Below, one piece after another: positions 18,422 to 29,786 of a DNA stretch of 64,000 bases; position 1 is the first letter of the stretch; every line of letters starts with the position of its first letter. Origin of the DNA: Candidatus Omnitrophota bacterium (GTDB lineage Bacteria > Omnitrophota > Gorgyraeia > Zapsychrales > Fredricksoniimonadaceae). Below the pieces are notes generated by a model. It was not told where the DNA came from, did no database searches, and saw nothing but the letters and a program-made list of their open reading frames with translations. The stretch is from assembly GCA_903944345.1 (NCBI GenBank), contig CAJARJ010000014.1:64990-128989 (forward strand). The letters are read 5' to 3'. A program made the translations under genes and the position numbers.

Positions 18422-19210
18422 TTACGGGGAAATACCAAAAAAGTTACGGGCGTTCTGATTGACAACGGCAAGAACTTCAGCTTGCTCACGTTCCAGTAAA
18501 AGCGCCAAGGCCGTAAGCGTACGCCGAATATCCACAGGCGTTGAAGGAACTCTGCGGCCCTGTGCTGACGGATACGCCACCGGCGTGTCCGTCTCAAGTA
18601 AAATCCGCTCCAGCGGCGCGATCCGGGCGGCCAGACGACATTCCGCACTGAATTCCAGCGCTGGAGAAAAAGACACCAAAAAACCGGCCGATAAAATGTC
18701 TTCAAGAACATCCTGTGGCCCGCTAAACCAGTGGAATACAGCCCGGCTGACTCCTGCCGCCAGCGTCAGCTGCAAACAATCCCGCCAGGCTCCCCTGCTA
18801 TGAATAATAACCGGCAACCCCGCGTCTGCCGCAAGCAGCAGCTGGGAAGAAAAAACCTCCCGCTGCAGCACTTGCAGTCCGGGATCACGACGAATGGCAG
18901 GATAGGTGTAGTCCAATCCGATCTCGCCAATGGCAATGGCGCGGGCAAGGTTGTCCCGAATGTGCCCCAAACAATCCTCCGTCTCCTGCGCAGTCGTAAT
19001 ATTTCCGGGATGCAAACCAAGAGCCGGATGCAGCCGGGGCCACGGTTTCCCGACAGATGCGCAACAAAGTTCCAGATGCGTTTTATTGGAAGACCTATCA
19101 ACCCCGGGCAGGATCAGATCCGAAAGCCCCTGTGCCGCGCAAAACCGCAAGACAGTATCCGGATCATTGACAACGTATAAATGAGCATGAGTATCAATAA
19201 TATCGTGCAC
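18422..19210 (-). CDS. tatD: TatD-family deoxyribonuclease
   Basis: IDTHAHL, LGLHP, AIGEIGLDY, PVIIHSR, FHWFSG, ILLETDTP. Confidence 0.93.
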   Translation of the reverse strand: MHDIIDTHAHLYVVNDPDTVLRFCAAQGLSDLILPGVDRSSNKTHLELCCASVGKPWPRLHPALGLHPGNITTAQETEDCLGHIRDNLARAIAIGEIGLDYTYPAIRRDPGLQVLQREVFSSQLLLAADAGLPVIIHSRGAWRDCLQLTLAAGVSRAVFHWFSGPQDVLEDILSAGFLVSFSPALEFSAECRLAARIAPLERILLETDTPVAYPSAQGRRVPSTPVDIRRTLTALALLLEREQAEVLAVVNQNARNFFGISP

Positions 19211-19219
19211 AACGCTCCA

Positions 19220-19660
19220 CTATGAAGAAAGGATAATCGTAACCGGACCGTCATTGACCAGAGAAACTTCCATTATCGCCCGAAAACGGCCTGTGCGAAC
19301 CCGGCAAGGCCCCTTCTTGATGCTTTCAACAAAAGCGTTATAAAGCTGCTCGGCCTCGGCAGGCGGTGCCGCGTTGTCGAATGAAGGACGATTCCCCCTG
19401 GAAAGATCCGCAGCAAGAGTAAACTGCGAAACGATCAGAAACTCCCCGTCAACTTCAAAACAGGCCAGATCCATATTCGCCCCTTCAGGCGAAGGGAAAA
19501 GCCTCAACTGCAGAATTTTCCGGCTCATGGCTTCGACCTGATCCGGAGTATCCCCTTTCTCAATCGCGACCAGAACAACCAGCCCCTTGGCAATCGCTCC
19601 GATTGTTTCCCCGGCCACCACAACTTTGGCCTGCTTGACTCGCTGAAGAACGCATTTCAT
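19220..19660 (-). CDS. dtd: D-aminoacyl-tRNA deacylase
   Basis: MKCVLQRV, VSQFTL, GNRPSF, NDGPVT. Confidence 0.96.
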   Translation of the reverse strand: MKCVLQRVKQAKVVVAGETIGAIAKGLVVLVAIEKGDTPDQVEAMSRKILQLRLFPSPEGANMDLACFEVDGEFLIVSQFTLAADLSRGNRPSFDNAAPPAEAEQLYNAFVESIKKGPCRVRTGRFRAIMEVSLVNDGPVTIILSS

Positions 19661-19713
19661 AAGCACCTCCCTGCGGACACAAGATTGCATTCGGGCGGAC
19701 ACGATGTCCGCCC

Positions 19714-20427
19714 CTACGGGAATAATTTGGCCAGAAGAGTGACGATCGCGGTGTCCACCCTGAGAATACGCTCGCCAAGACCGGCGATACAGCAGCCGGC
19801 CAAGCGAAATTGCTCCAGCTCCCAGGGAATAAAGCCGCCCTCAGGACCAACCAGCAACACGACTCCGCCGGTCACCCTCTCTTTGAAGAATGCAGAATCC
19901 CCGGAAGGATCAGCCACAACCCCCCGGCGACCCTGCAACAGCCCGGGCAAAACATCTTCAACAAAAGGCCGGAAACGCTCTTGCCGGGTCACAACAGGAA
20001 AAATCGTATCTCTGGACTGCTCAAGCCCAAGCTGCAACTGCTCCTGAAGCTCTTCTTCCCGCAAGACACTGCTTTGCCAGAAACTTTTCTCAACACGGCT
20101 TGAATTCATCAGAATGATTTCGGAGACTCCCAGCGAGGCCGCGGTAAGAAGCACCCGCTTGAGCACCAGCGGGCGCATAAGAGCCGCGCATAAAATGACA
20201 GGCAACTTCTTCGGCGGAGAATCCGTCAGTGAAACATCCAGAACAGCTTCATTATCCGAAACTTCCCGAACAATGCCGCGCCCCATGCTTCCTCCGGCCA
20301 GCCCGGTACAAAGAATGTCCCCGGGCTTGACCGCAAGAATCTGCTGCAAATGAACAAATCTCCGGCCGGTCAACCGAACCCGGCCGGGAGCAGTAAAATC
20401 CGAAGGAAACAACAAAAGAAGATTCAT
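19714..20427 (-). CDS. rsmE: 16S rRNA m3U1498 methyltransferase (RsmE family)
   Basis: SPOUT motifs VGPEGGF and LGERILRVDTA. Confidence 0.9.
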   Translation of the reverse strand: MNLLLLFPSDFTAPGRVRLTGRRFVHLQQILAVKPGDILCTGLAGGSMGRGIVREVSDNEAVLDVSLTDSPPKKLPVILCAALMRPLVLKRVLLTAASLGVSEIILMNSSRVEKSFWQSSVLREEELQEQLQLGLEQSRDTIFPVVTRQERFRPFVEDVLPGLLQGRRGVVADPSGDSAFFKERVTGGVVLLVGPEGGFIPWELEQFRLAGCCIAGLGERILRVDTAIVTLLAKLFP

Positions 20428-20439
20428 GCCGGTCCAGGT

Positions 20440-20835
20440 TCAGGCCTCGGTCTTGAGCGCCTTGCGCAGTTTGGCCGGAGTCATTTTCTCCTTGCTATGC
20501 GCCTTGATCATCTTTCTCTGCCGGTCCACAATAGTCTCAACCTGACGACGAGTGGCAATAAAAGCTTCCCTTACAACCGTGGCCAGATTCTCGTGTGAAT
20601 TCCGCCCGGAATCACGCTTGACGACAATTTCATGATGAGGAGGAACGCGCACATCAATCCGGACATGATAGGAAAACTTTGCCTGCTGATGGGTCGGATT
20701 CTGTTCGACGTAAACATGACAGCTGATAATATGATCACACACCTGCTCCAGCTTGGAAATCTTCTCGGCAATCACATCTTCGACTTCATGCTTGTGAATA
20801 ACATTTTTCAGAACAACTTCCAATGGGACTTCCAT
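20440..20835 (-). CDS. HPF/RaiA-family ribosome-associated protein
   Basis: EKISKLEQVCDHIISCHV, YHVRIDVRVP, VVREAF..RRQ; short basic tail. Confidence 0.75.
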   Translation of the reverse strand: MEVPLEVVLKNVIHKHEVEDVIAEKISKLEQVCDHIISCHVYVEQNPTHQQAKFSYHVRIDVRVPPHHEIVVKRDSGRNSHENLATVVREAFIATRRQVETIVDRQRKMIKAHSKEKMTPAKLRKALKTEA

Positions 20836-20974
20836 ATATAACCTCCGTTTAAAAAGGCTCCCTGACCGGCTTCCCGAAGCCGGCCATCTGCCTGTTATTG
20901 CAACATGTCTTCACCATTGTCTTCAGATTCCGGGCTTTGTCAATCCAGGAATACACGACAAAGCAGGGAATCCA

Positions 20975-21003
20975 TTGACTCCCCCGAATAAAGCAAATAG
21001 AAT
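20975..21003 (+). promoter_or_regulatory. Sigma70 promoter for the helicase gene
   Basis: TTGACT-17 nt-TAGAAT. Confidence 0.7.
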
Positions 21004-21038
21004 GCACAGAAAATCAGACTCAAACAATTAAAGATACC

Positions 21039-23252
21039 ATGCTATTTAAAGAGATGCTTGTAAAATATTCCTTTCCCGGAGCCTATATCGAAGCTCTGAC
21101 CGCCGGAGGAATCACGACCCTGCACCCGCCACAGGCCCAGGCCATCGAAGCCGGGGCGCTGGATCGCCAAAGCCTGGTGCTGGCTGTCCCTACCGCATCG
21201 GGCAAAACCCTGATCGCGGAACTGGCCATTCTCAAAGCTATCGCTGAACGCAAAAACCCTTCTGCGCAGGCCTCTTCCGGCACCGGAAAATGTCTTTACA
21301 TCTCTCCGCTCAAGGCTCTGGCCAGCGAAAAATACCGCGACTTCACCCGGAAATACGCCGGACTTGGCATCCGGGTCGGCATCGCTATCGGAGATCTGGA
21401 TTCGCCTTCGGCGCATCTTAAAAGTTACGATATTATCATTGCCACCGCCGAAAAAGTTGATTCCCTGCTGCGCGCCCGCAGTGAATGGCTCTGTGGCAAT
21501 CTGGATGTCATTGTCCTGGACGAAGTGCATGTTCTGGGGGATCCGGGGCGGGGCCCGACTCTGGAAATCCTTATTACCCGCCTCAGGCAACTTAACCCGC
21601 AAGCCCAGATCCTGGCTCTTTCTGCCACGGTTCCCAACGCCCAGGAAATGGCCGACTGGCTGGAAGCAAAACTGGTAGCCTCCTCATGGCGGCCCATCCC
21701 GCTGCATGAAGGTGTTTTTTACAATAATCGCCTGACATATAAAGAAGGGCATATTCGACTGATCAAGGAAGAAGCTCCGGAAGATCTGCAGAAACTGGTC
21801 GTTGATACCCTGCGCAGCCGCTCGGGAACTCCCCCCCGCGGAGGACAGGCCCTGGTTTTTGTCAATTCCCGCCGCTCCACACAGGCTTCCGCCCGGGAGC
21901 TCTGTCCCTGGGTGGCCCCACTCCTGACACCGGAAGAACGTAAAGCCCTTGCCCTGCTGGCCGACGAACTGGCCCCTTCCGTTGACTCAACAAAAATTTG
22001 CCAGAAGCTGGCCGACTGTGTGCGTAACGGCGCAGCCTTCCATCATGCCGGCCTCAAACCTTTCCAGCGGGAAGCCATCGAGGAAAATTTCAAAAAGAAT
22101 CTGATCAAAGTCATCTGCTCGACACCAACTCTGGCGGCCGGAGTCAACCTTCCGGCCAGACGCGCAATTATCCGCGACGCCAAACGCTACGCGTCCGGAG
22201 TTGGATCGGTCTTTATCCCGGCCAGCGAATACAAGCAATGTGCCGGCCGGGCCGGCCGACCGCAATACGACGAATACGGTGAGGCTGTGCTGATCGCCAA
22301 GTCCCTCTCGGATCAGAATGCCCTGTTTGAACGTTTTATCCTGTCCCCCCCGGAACCAGTCGATTCAAGGCTGGCGGATGAAGCCGAACTGCGAAAACAC
22401 ATTCTGGCCGCTATCGCTTCCGGATATGTCACCGATATCAACGGCATGCTGGAATTCCTGCAGTCGACCTTTCTTTCTCACCAGCGAAAAGGAATCAACC
22501 TGCTGGACATCATCGGCCGGATTTTCGAGTTTCTTAACGCCGAGCAGTTCATAAAAAAAAGCGGCTTTCGCTATTTTGCCACTCCTTTTGGAGCCCGGGT
22601 CAGCCGGCTTTATATCGATCCTGTTTCGGGGCTGATCATCAAAAAAGGCCTGGCCAAAGCTGCCGCCGGACACTCCTTCTCGGGGATCGGATTGCTGCAC
22701 CTTGTAGCCTCAACCCCGGACAGCGAAATGCTTTCAGTCGGCAAAAAGAACGCCGAAGACCTGGAGGATTTCGGTAACCGGGTCGCCGACGAATTGCTCC
22801 TGACCAGAGATGATATAGAATCGCTGGGCGACTACTATACAGCTCTTGCCGTCCTAAAAACAGTCTGGATGCTGGTGCGCTGGATGGATGAGGAACGTGA
22901 AGAGGATCTCTGTGAAAGATTTGACATCGGCCCGGGAGATGTTTTCCGCCATACCGAATCAGCTCAATGGCTGTTGTACAGCGCGCAATCGATCGCTGAA
23001 GTTTTTCATTTCACAAAACTGACTTTCTTTCTGGAAGGCCTGCGGAATCGGGTTCGTTACGGCATCAAGGAAGAACTTCTGGAGCTGGCCGCTCTCAAAG
23101 GCATTGGACGGGTACGAGCGCGCATACTGTTTGCTCACGGCATTCAGACCAATGCAGGCATTCGCCAGGCCGGAGAAAAGCTCCTGGCGGGAATGAAAGG
23201 CATCGGCCCGGCCCTGGCCCGGGATTTGCTCCGGCAAGCCAACAGCGAATAA
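21039..23252 (+). CDS. Ski2-like SF2 DNA helicase, Hel308/Hjm type
   Basis: [54 protein letters not shown]-terminal HhH GIGRVRAR. Confidence 0.9.
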   Translation: MLFKEMLVKYSFPGAYIEALTAGGITTLHPPQAQAIEAGALDRQSLVLAVPTASGKTLIAELAILKAIAERKNPSAQASSGTGKCLYISPLKALASEKYRDFTRKYAGLGIRVGIAIGDLDSPSAHLKSYDIIIATAEKVDSLLRARSEWLCGNLDVIVLDEVHVLGDPGRGPTLEILITRLRQLNPQAQILALSATVPNAQEMADWLEAKLVASSWRPIPLHEGVFYNNRLTYKEGHIRLIKEEAPEDLQKLVVDTLRSRSGTPPRGGQALVFVNSRRSTQASARELCPWVAPLLTPEERKALALLADELAPSVDSTKICQKLADCVRNGAAFHHAGLKPFQREAIEENFKKNLIKVICSTPTLAAGVNLPARRAIIRDAKRYASGVGSVFIPASEYKQCAGRAGRPQYDEYGEAVLIAKSLSDQNALFERFILSPPEPVDSRLADEAELRKHILAAIASGYVTDINGMLEFLQSTFLSHQRKGINLLDIIGRIFEFLNAEQFIKKSGFRYFATPFGARVSRLYIDPVSGLIIKKGLAKAAAGHSFSGIGLLHLVASTPDSEMLSVGKKNAEDLEDFGNRVADELLLTRDDIESLGDYYTALAVLKTVWMLVRWMDEEREEDLCERFDIGPGDVFRHTESAQWLLYSAQSIAEVFHFTKLTFFLEGLRNRVRYGIKEELLELAALKGIGRVRARILFAHGIQTNAGIRQAGEKLLAGMKGIGPALARDLLRQANSE

Positions 23253-23271
23253 CTCCGCGTCAGTAAACAAA

Positions 23272-24987
23272 TCAAATAAGATTCTCGGAACGAAGCCGCT
23301 CAAGGATTTCGCGCACACCTGTCACCGCATTGGCGCTGGATCCTCCATGTTCCAGAAAAAAGCAGTAGGCAAAACGCCCGGACGAGGAACGCGTCACACC
23401 GGCAAACCAGGCATGGTCTTCACGCCCGGCTCCGGTCTGCGCTGTTCCGGTCTTGCCATAAGTTGTCAAGCCATCCATCTTCAACTGGTTTGCAGTTCCG
23501 GAGGGCATGTCCACAACCAGAGAAAGACCTTTTAACACTATGTCCCACACCTCGTCACGGAAAACCAGCTGACGTGCACTCTGGGGTGCCCCCGCACAAA
23601 GATCTCCCCGGGATCCGACAGCGGAAACCAGACATGGGGTTTGCAGTCTGCCCCGGGTCTCCAGAGCCGCCATCATGCGGGCCAACTGCAAAGGAGTAGA
23701 CAAAACATCGCCCTGACCGATCGACATATTAGCCGTATCCCCCTGGTACCAGTTACGATAAGAGGAACGGACCGGAATATTTCCTTTGCTCTCGTACGGC
23801 ACAGAAATACCCGTACGTTCTCCAAGACCAAATTTTCTGGCGTATTCAGCCAATTTTTCCGCTCCGAGGAGAAACCCTGTATGAAAAAAATATTCGTTGG
23901 CGGAATGCCCCAACGCCCGAACCAGATCCTGTCGTCCAAACGCATGCGGAAACTGATAACGGCGGTTACCCAAAACAAAGAAACCCGGACAGTCAAATTC
24001 GGTGCCCGCTGTAATCTTTCGCTCCTGCAATCCGCCAAAAGAAACGGGAATCTTGAAAACCGATCCTGGCTGGAAAGCCGCAGCATAAGCACGATTAATC
24101 ATGGGCGAACGCGTATCCTTAAGATAGGCAGACACATCGTCAACGCCTTCACCGGAAGAAAAAGCATTCGGATCAAAAGAAGGCGCACTGAGCATGGCCA
24201 CAACCTGGGCCGAGGAAATATCAATCATCACAAAAGCCCCCCTGCGTCCGCCAAGCACATCATAGGCAATCTGCTGGATACGCTGATCAATGGTCAGAAC
24301 GATATCGGCACCAGGAGCCGGATCGCGCAACGTCAGAACCCTCACTTCTCGACCACGACTGTTGACCTCAACTTCACGCCCCCCGGGAATGCCGCGCAAA
24401 TCCTCGTCAAACCCTTCCTCAACCCCCGTATAACCGACAAGACCGGGAACAGGATCTCCGTTATTAATCAGATCCTTCATTCTGCGGGCATCGACAGCGG
24501 CAGCGTAACCAAGCAAATGGGAGCCGACAGCCCGACGAGGATACCGACGTTTATAATCTTCCAGAATAACCAGACCGGGATGAAGAAAAGCCCCTTCCGT
24601 AACCCGAATCGCCTGTTCGCGGTCAAGTCCGGTGACCACCGGCACCGGAGTATATGGCGAAGCACGTCCACGGATATAACGACGTTCCAGAACCCCGGAT
24701 TCGATACCCAGCGCTCCGGAGAGAAACATAAAAATTGCCTGCCGCCCCTTGGCTGTGCTGTCCTGGGGAATAATCGCGGCATCAAAGGTCTTGAGGCTTT
24801 CGGCTAAAACAATACCGTTGCGGTCAAGAATATTCCCGCGCGGCCCGTCGAAAGAAATAACCCGGCGGGAATTATTACGACTTTGACGGGCGAAATAACT
24901 TCCCCGGATGACCTGCAAATAAAAAAGATCCAGCACCAGAAGCAGAAAAAGAAAAGTAAAAACATAACGGATCACATTCAATCGCAT
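23272..24987 (-). CDS. mrdA: Penicillin-binding protein 2
   Basis: PRGNILDRNG, SxxK (GSVFK), SxN (SAN), KTGTAQ; follows mreBCD. Confidence 0.92.
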   Translation of the reverse strand: MRLNVIRYVFTFLFLLLVLDLFYLQVIRGSYFARQSRNNSRRVISFDGPRGNILDRNGIVLAESLKTFDAAIIPQDSTAKGRQAIFMFLSGALGIESGVLERRYIRGRASPYTPVPVVTGLDREQAIRVTEGAFLHPGLVILEDYKRRYPRRAVGSHLLGYAAAVDARRMKDLINNGDPVPGLVGYTGVEEGFDEDLRGIPGGREVEVNSRGREVRVLTLRDPAPGADIVLTIDQRIQQIAYDVLGGRRGAFVMIDISSAQVVAMLSAPSFDPNAFSSGEGVDDVSAYLKDTRSPMINRAYAAAFQPGSVFKIPVSFGGLQERKITAGTEFDCPGFFVLGNRRYQFPHAFGRQDLVRALGHSANEYFFHTGFLLGAEKLAEYARKFGLGERTGISVPYESKGNIPVRSSYRNWYQGDTANMSIGQGDVLSTPLQLARMMAALETRGRLQTPCLVSAVGSRGDLCAGAPQSARQLVFRDEVWDIVLKGLSLVVDMPSGTANQLKMDGLTTYGKTGTAQTGAGREDHAWFAGVTRSSSGRFAYCFFLEHGGSSANAVTGVREILERLRSENLI

Positions 24988-24990
24988 AAA

Positions 24991-25479
24991 TCAAAACCTC
25001 AAGACCCGTGCCAGAAACAAAAGACGACCGAACAAAGACAAGGCCACGACCAATGTGGTAACAACCTCGGGCAGCCATATCCCCAGAAAAACCTCGCCCC
25101 AGGCAACCTCCTCGAAAACCATCTGATGCAAAAAACCAAGAACCAGCACATTCGCCGTCACAACAGCAAAGATCATAAAAAGCTTGGAAAGGTCATTGCC
25201 ACGTTCATAAAACGTATGCCGGATAAAAACCGAGAAATAGACACAAACCACATAGGCCAGAATATGCGTGCCAAAAGGCATGGTGCTAAAACAGTCCTTG
25301 AACATTCCCGCCCAGAAAGCAGACCACAGACTAAAACGAACACCGGAATAAAGATTGAAAAACAGCACCACCAGCAAAAGCAGCTGAGGATCTCCCCAGC
25401 GGCCAAAAAGATTAAACAGGCAAAACTCCGCCAGCAACGCAAAAAAACAGATCAACGGAATATAAACAACCTGTTTCAT
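24991..25479 (-). CDS. mreD: Rod shape-determining protein MreD
   Basis: Multi-TM protein between mreC and mrdA; AGMFKDCFS..PFG motif; start uncertain. Confidence 0.8.
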   Translation of the reverse strand: MKQVVYIPLICFFALLAEFCLFNLFGRWGDPQLLLLVVLFFNLYSGVRFSLWSAFWAGMFKDCFSTMPFGTHILAYVVCVYFSVFIRHTFYERGNDLSKLFMIFAVVTANVLVLGFLHQMVFEEVAWGEVFLGIWLPEVVTTLVVALSLFGRLLFLARVLRF

Positions 25480-25544
25480 AGAAAATTCCGATAACAAACA
25501 CAATCGGCCCCGCCTTCTCCTGAAAAACCGGATACGGGCCATCG

Positions 25545-26324
25545 TTATTTAAGGACTAGCACCTCTTCAAGCGTGGAAACATCGACCGCAGGATGAATAT
25601 CCACCTGCCTGCGCGCTCCTGAGGCAAACTCCGTGATACGCACCACATGCCCGATAAGCAAACCGGGAGGAAAATCAGAACTCAGAGCCGACGTTATCAC
25701 TTCATCTTCCAGCTCCAGATCAGGATTTTCCGGAAGATAAAGCATCCGGCAACTGCCGGACAATGTTCCGCTGACCAGAGCACTCTCGCGCGAACGCCTG
25801 TTGATCGCCGCCACACTGAAACCCGGATCCCCAATCAGGACAACCTTGGCGGCCCGGTCAGAAACCTCGGCGACTTTCCCTACGACACCATCGACATTGA
25901 TGACAGCCATTCCGGGACGCAGTCCGTCTCTTTTCCCGCGGTTGATCATGATCGAGGAATTCCAGTTAGCCGGATCCCGGGCAATGACAGCGGCCATGAC
26001 AGCATCAAAACTTTTGCTGTCACGAAACTGATACAGCCGGCCAAAACGATTGGTTTCACGGACAATTTCTTCCAGCTGCACGATTCTGGACTTCAGCGAA
26101 CCTGACTCTCTTTTCAAACGCTGATTTTCCTGCCATATGCGCCGGTAAGAAAGCAGCCGAACGGCTTCATTCAGCGGCCAGCGAACCGTAGCCACCGATG
26201 CGGTCATTACTCCCATCGCCTTCATTTTCAGGCCATGCCAGGAAGTAGAATTAAAGAATATCAGCCAGAAAGGAACCAGCAGAAAAAGAAAATAGATAAT
26301 TTGTTTGGGAAACCTGAAGAACAT
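25545..26324 (-). CDS. mreC: Rod shape-determining protein MreC
   Basis: TM plus coiled coil (ENQRLK), VIARDP, INRGKRDG, GVVGKV, FPPGLLIG. Confidence 0.92.
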   Translation of the reverse strand: MFFRFPKQIIYFLFLLVPFWLIFFNSTSWHGLKMKAMGVMTASVATVRWPLNEAVRLLSYRRIWQENQRLKRESGSLKSRIVQLEEIVRETNRFGRLYQFRDSKSFDAVMAAVIARDPANWNSSIMINRGKRDGLRPGMAVINVDGVVGKVAEVSDRAAKVVLIGDPGFSVAAINRRSRESALVSGTLSGSCRMLYLPENPDLELEDEVITSALSSDFPPGLLIGHVVRITEFASGARRQVDIHPAVDVSTLEEVLVLK

Positions 26325-26376
26325 GCAAGACCGTCAATGCCGCCGGATGAACAGCGGACACCCCCTCTTTCTATTG

Positions 26377-27450
26377 CTAGAAATCGAGTTTTGAATTGGA
26401 CATAAGACGCCGCTGAAGATTGCGCGACATATTGAGCGTTTCGCCGGTTCCGCGAACAACCGCCGTGGTTGGATCGTCCGCCACCAGGACAGGCAGTCCG
26501 GTTTCTTCCGCAATTCGTTTATCGAGCCCTCTGAGCAGAGAACCGCCTCCAGCCATCACAATGCCGCGGTCAATCAAATCCGCAGCCAGCTCCGGAGGCG
26601 TATGTTCCAGGGTTGACTTGGAAGCATCCACAATCGACTGCACAGTATCGGCCAGGGCTTCACGGATCTCCACAGAGGTTACCGCGATAGTCTTCGGCAA
26701 TCCGGCAATCAGATCCCGTCCGCGAACATCCATGGTCATTTCTTCTTCCAACGGATACGCTGAACCAATACGAATCTTGATCTCTTCCGCAGTCCGCTCC
26801 CCGATCATCAGATTGTAGGTCTTACGCAGATACTCTGTGATATCCTCGTCCATCTCATCGCCTGCAATCTTGATGGATTTGGAATAAACCAGACCCCCCA
26901 AAGAAATAACAGCGTAATCGGTGGTCCCGCCTCCGATATCGATCACCATATTGCCGCCCGGCTCCTGAACCGGAAGACCAACACCGATAGCCGCAGCCTT
27001 GGGTTGTTCGACCAAAATAACACTGCGGGCACCGGCATGCTCGGCCGCGTCAATGACCGCGCGTCGCTCAACCTGCGAAATCTCCGGCGGAATGGCCACA
27101 ACAACTGATGGCCTTGTAAGAAAACCTCTGGGCTGAACCTTCTTGATAAAATATTTGAGCATGGCCTCGGTAACTTCCGGATCGGAAATAACCCCGTCTT
27201 TCATGGGCCGGATCGCCACAATGCTGTCGGGCGTGCGACCCAGCATTTTCTTGGCCTCTTCACCAACCGCAACAACCCGATTGGTTGCTTTCTCAATAGC
27301 TACGACCGAAGGCTCGCTAAGTACAACCCCTTCCCCCCGCACAAAAACATGCGTGCTGGCGGTTCCCAGATCAATGCCCAGATCGTTGGAAAAAAGCCCC
27401 AACACGCTGTCGATCAGTCCTTTTATAAAACGGAAAAGTTTCTGGATCAT
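26377..27450 (-). CDS. mreB: Rod shape-determining protein MreB
   Basis: [49 protein letters not shown]. Confidence 0.97.
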   Translation of the reverse strand: MIQKLFRFIKGLIDSVLGLFSNDLGIDLGTASTHVFVRGEGVVLSEPSVVAIEKATNRVVAVGEEAKKMLGRTPDSIVAIRPMKDGVISDPEVTEAMLKYFIKKVQPRGFLTRPSVVVAIPPEISQVERRAVIDAAEHAGARSVILVEQPKAAAIGVGLPVQEPGGNMVIDIGGGTTDYAVISLGGLVYSKSIKIAGDEMDEDITEYLRKTYNLMIGERTAEEIKIRIGSAYPLEEEMTMDVRGRDLIAGLPKTIAVTSVEIREALADTVQSIVDASKSTLEHTPPELAADLIDRGIVMAGGGSLLRGLDKRIAEETGLPVLVADDPTTAVVRGTGETLNMSRNLQRRLMSNSKLDF

Positions 27451-27491
27451 GTCGGGCCTCTGATTAAGAAAGGTTATAAAAAATCTGTTGT

Positions 27492-27520
27492 ATAGTATAC
27501 GAAAAAGCGGAGCAAGTCAA
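27492..27520 (-). promoter_or_regulatory. Sigma70 promoter of the mre operon
   Basis: TTGACT-17 nt-TACTAT. Confidence 0.65.
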
Positions 27521-27524
27521 CTCG

Positions 27525-28817
27525 TCAGGAATTCCCGGCCTGCCGCACGATGAGCGAACGAAAATGCCGGACAAAAGCCGGATAGGATTTGGCACAACAT
27601 TCCATATCCCGGACAGTGACACCAATCCTGGTTCCCAAAACAGCGAACGCCATAGCCAGCCGATGATCGCGATGAGGATCAAGTTCAACATTGCCTTTAT
27701 ATTGAGCACAGGGACGAATAACCAGTTCATCCTTTGTTTCAGTAATATCCGCCCCCGTCTTGAGCAGTTCAGTACGCAGATCACTGATCCGGTCAGACTC
27801 CTTGACTCTTGCGTGAGCAATATCAGTTAAACGGGTTTCCCCCTGTGCAAACATGGCGATCACTGCCATAACCGGAACCAGATCAGGAGCATTCGCCAGG
27901 GAAAAAGTTCCACCTTTAATACGGCAAGGCCCCTTGATGCGCAACATCTTTTTGCTCCGCTGAACAGCAACTCCCATTTTGTCCAGAAATTCAAGAATAG
28001 CCCCATCCGACTGCACAAGGCGGTCGTCAAAATGCCCCTTGAGCCTGACATCGGAGGAACCGAGAGCCGCGGCCGCCAGAAGAAACGCCGCCAGACCATA
28101 ATCAGATGGCACCGTAAACGATTTAAGTCCATGAAATTGCTGTCCTCCGGGGATAGAAAATTCCCGGTCAGAAACCCTGCCGACGCTTACCCCGGCCCGC
28201 TCAAGAATCTGTTCGGTCATGGTCACATAATCGCGGGAGACCAGCTTGCGCCCTGTCATCAAAAGACGGGTATCCCGCGGTGCTTGCGGCAAAGCAATCA
28301 TAAGCGCCGATATAAACTGCGAACTAAGCGACCCGTCAATTGACACTCGCCCGCCGGAGAAGCTTCCCCCCTGAAAACTGATCGGGACAGAACCGTTGGA
28401 ATCCTCTGCAGTAAACGTCAGACCGCAGGCGGTGAGCGTTTCAAGTAAATGCCGGTTAGGGCGGCCGATCAAAGTTCCCCTGCCATTGACCAGAGCCGAA
28501 TCGGTGTAAAAAGGAAGCAGCGGCAGAATAAAACGCAGGGATGTTCCGGACTCACGCACATCAATCCTCAATTGTTTCCTGCTTTTAGCCGATGACGCAG
28601 CCTCCACCAGAAAACCACCCGGAATGGCTTTAAGGGATGCCCCCAAAGCACGAGCGACACCCAAAGCAGCCTTGGCATCATCACAATCCGAAAGCCCGGT
28701 CAGACGGGATACGCCGCCGCAGGCGGCTATAAAGATAGCCCGGATCGAATACGACTTTGAGGCCGGAAGATCAACTGCACCGGCCATCCTGGCCACCGGA
28801 GAAATCCTGAATTTCAT
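27525..28817 (-). CDS. aroA: 3-phosphoshikimate 1-carboxyvinyltransferase (EPSP synthase)
   Basis: PASKS, ESGTSLRF, SSQFISAL, RVKESDRI, DHRLAMAF, KSYP. Confidence 0.95.
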   Translation of the reverse strand: MKFRISPVARMAGAVDLPASKSYSIRAIFIAACGGVSRLTGLSDCDDAKAALGVARALGASLKAIPGGFLVEAASSAKSRKQLRIDVRESGTSLRFILPLLPFYTDSALVNGRGTLIGRPNRHLLETLTACGLTFTAEDSNGSVPISFQGGSFSGGRVSIDGSLSSQFISALMIALPQAPRDTRLLMTGRKLVSRDYVTMTEQILERAGVSVGRVSDREFSIPGGQQFHGLKSFTVPSDYGLAAFLLAAAALGSSDVRLKGHFDDRLVQSDGAILEFLDKMGVAVQRSKKMLRIKGPCRIKGGTFSLANAPDLVPVMAVIAMFAQGETRLTDIAHARVKESDRISDLRTELLKTGADITETKDELVIRPCAQYKGNVELDPHRDHRLAMAFAVLGTRIGVTVRDMECCAKSYPAFVRHFRSLIVRQAGNS

Positions 28818-29665
28818 CTTTTAGCAGACACCAGATCGTTCTTGCGAACCTTGCGGCTTGATAAAGGCGGAACAAAGTCGGCTGCCGACATTTCATCCTG
28901 AACCCGGGTGACTCGAACGTCTCCCTGATAAGCACTGCCGCGATAAACCGACATCACAGCCCCCTCACTCACCCCGTCTTTGGCTCCGAGGTCAAAAATA
29001 AGAAACTCGGCTTCAGTATCAATATTAAGCACCTTGCCATTTCTGGAAAGTTCCTGGGCCACGATAATCCGATCCAGCTGAACAGGATCTTCCGCGGCCG
29101 CTGCGGGAGAAAGATCATTGTTCTCGCCAGACAACTCCGGAGCCTTGCCCGCCTTGAAATCATTAACCTGCTTTTCCAGATCCTCGCTCTTTTTCTGAAA
29201 ATCGGCCAGGCTTTGCCTCAACTGCAAAACATCCTGCTTGTGCTGAACAGCCGCCGATTCAAACGTCTTCAATTTACTCTGCAAATCTTCCAACTCCTGG
29301 GAGAGTTTATTGCGTATTTCAAGCTTGGCCTTTGCTTCCTGATCCAGGTTATCACGCAAAGCAAGATTTTCTTTCTTGATCTCGTCTCTCAGCCCCTTTT
29401 CAATTTCCAGATCATCCAGCAAGGCATTAATTCTTTCATCCGCATCCTTGTTCTTGCCTTCAAGCACAAGAATCTGACCCTGAGCGTCATTGAGAGTCGC
29501 CTCGACTTTGGCGTTCTTGAGCGTCAGCTCTGCCAGTGAAGCTTCTACCGCACGACGATTGGCCGTTTCCTTCTGCAGCATATAAATACTGATCGCAACC
29601 GCAGAAACAAGAATGATAATCGTCAGAAAAAGAAAAACAAAAGCTGTGCGTCCCGAATTTTTCAT
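28814..29665 (-). CDS. Membrane-anchored coiled-coil protein with a small C-terminal beta domain; function unknown
   Basis: N-terminal TM, ~140-aa heptad-rich region, C-terminal GKVLNID..FLIFDLGAKDGV. Confidence 0.7.
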   Translation of the reverse strand: MKNSGRTAFVFLFLTIIILVSAVAISIYMLQKETANRRAVEASLAELTLKNAKVEATLNDAQGQILVLEGKNKDADERINALLDDLEIEKGLRDEIKKENLALRDNLDQEAKAKLEIRNKLSQELEDLQSKLKTFESAAVQHKQDVLQLRQSLADFQKKSEDLEKQVNDFKAGKAPELSGENNDLSPAAAAEDPVQLDRIIVAQELSRNGKVLNIDTEAEFLIFDLGAKDGVSEGAVMSVYRGSAYQGDVRVTRVQDEMSAADFVPPLSSRKVRKNDLVSAKR

Positions 29666-29786
29666 AAGGTTGTCCCATCCTCTTCTGTTATAAGCCTATT
29701 ATAAAAAGGCACTTCAGGATGTAAAGAGGAAATTCAAGAAATATTGTCCAAAAGCACTGCCACAAGAGAGATTACAACCCTGTTTA

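Noticed and set aside
20906-20925. TGTCTTCA direct repeat (12-bp period) over the hpf promoter
   Set aside because: Only 8 bp twice and not seen elsewhere; too weak to call a binding site.
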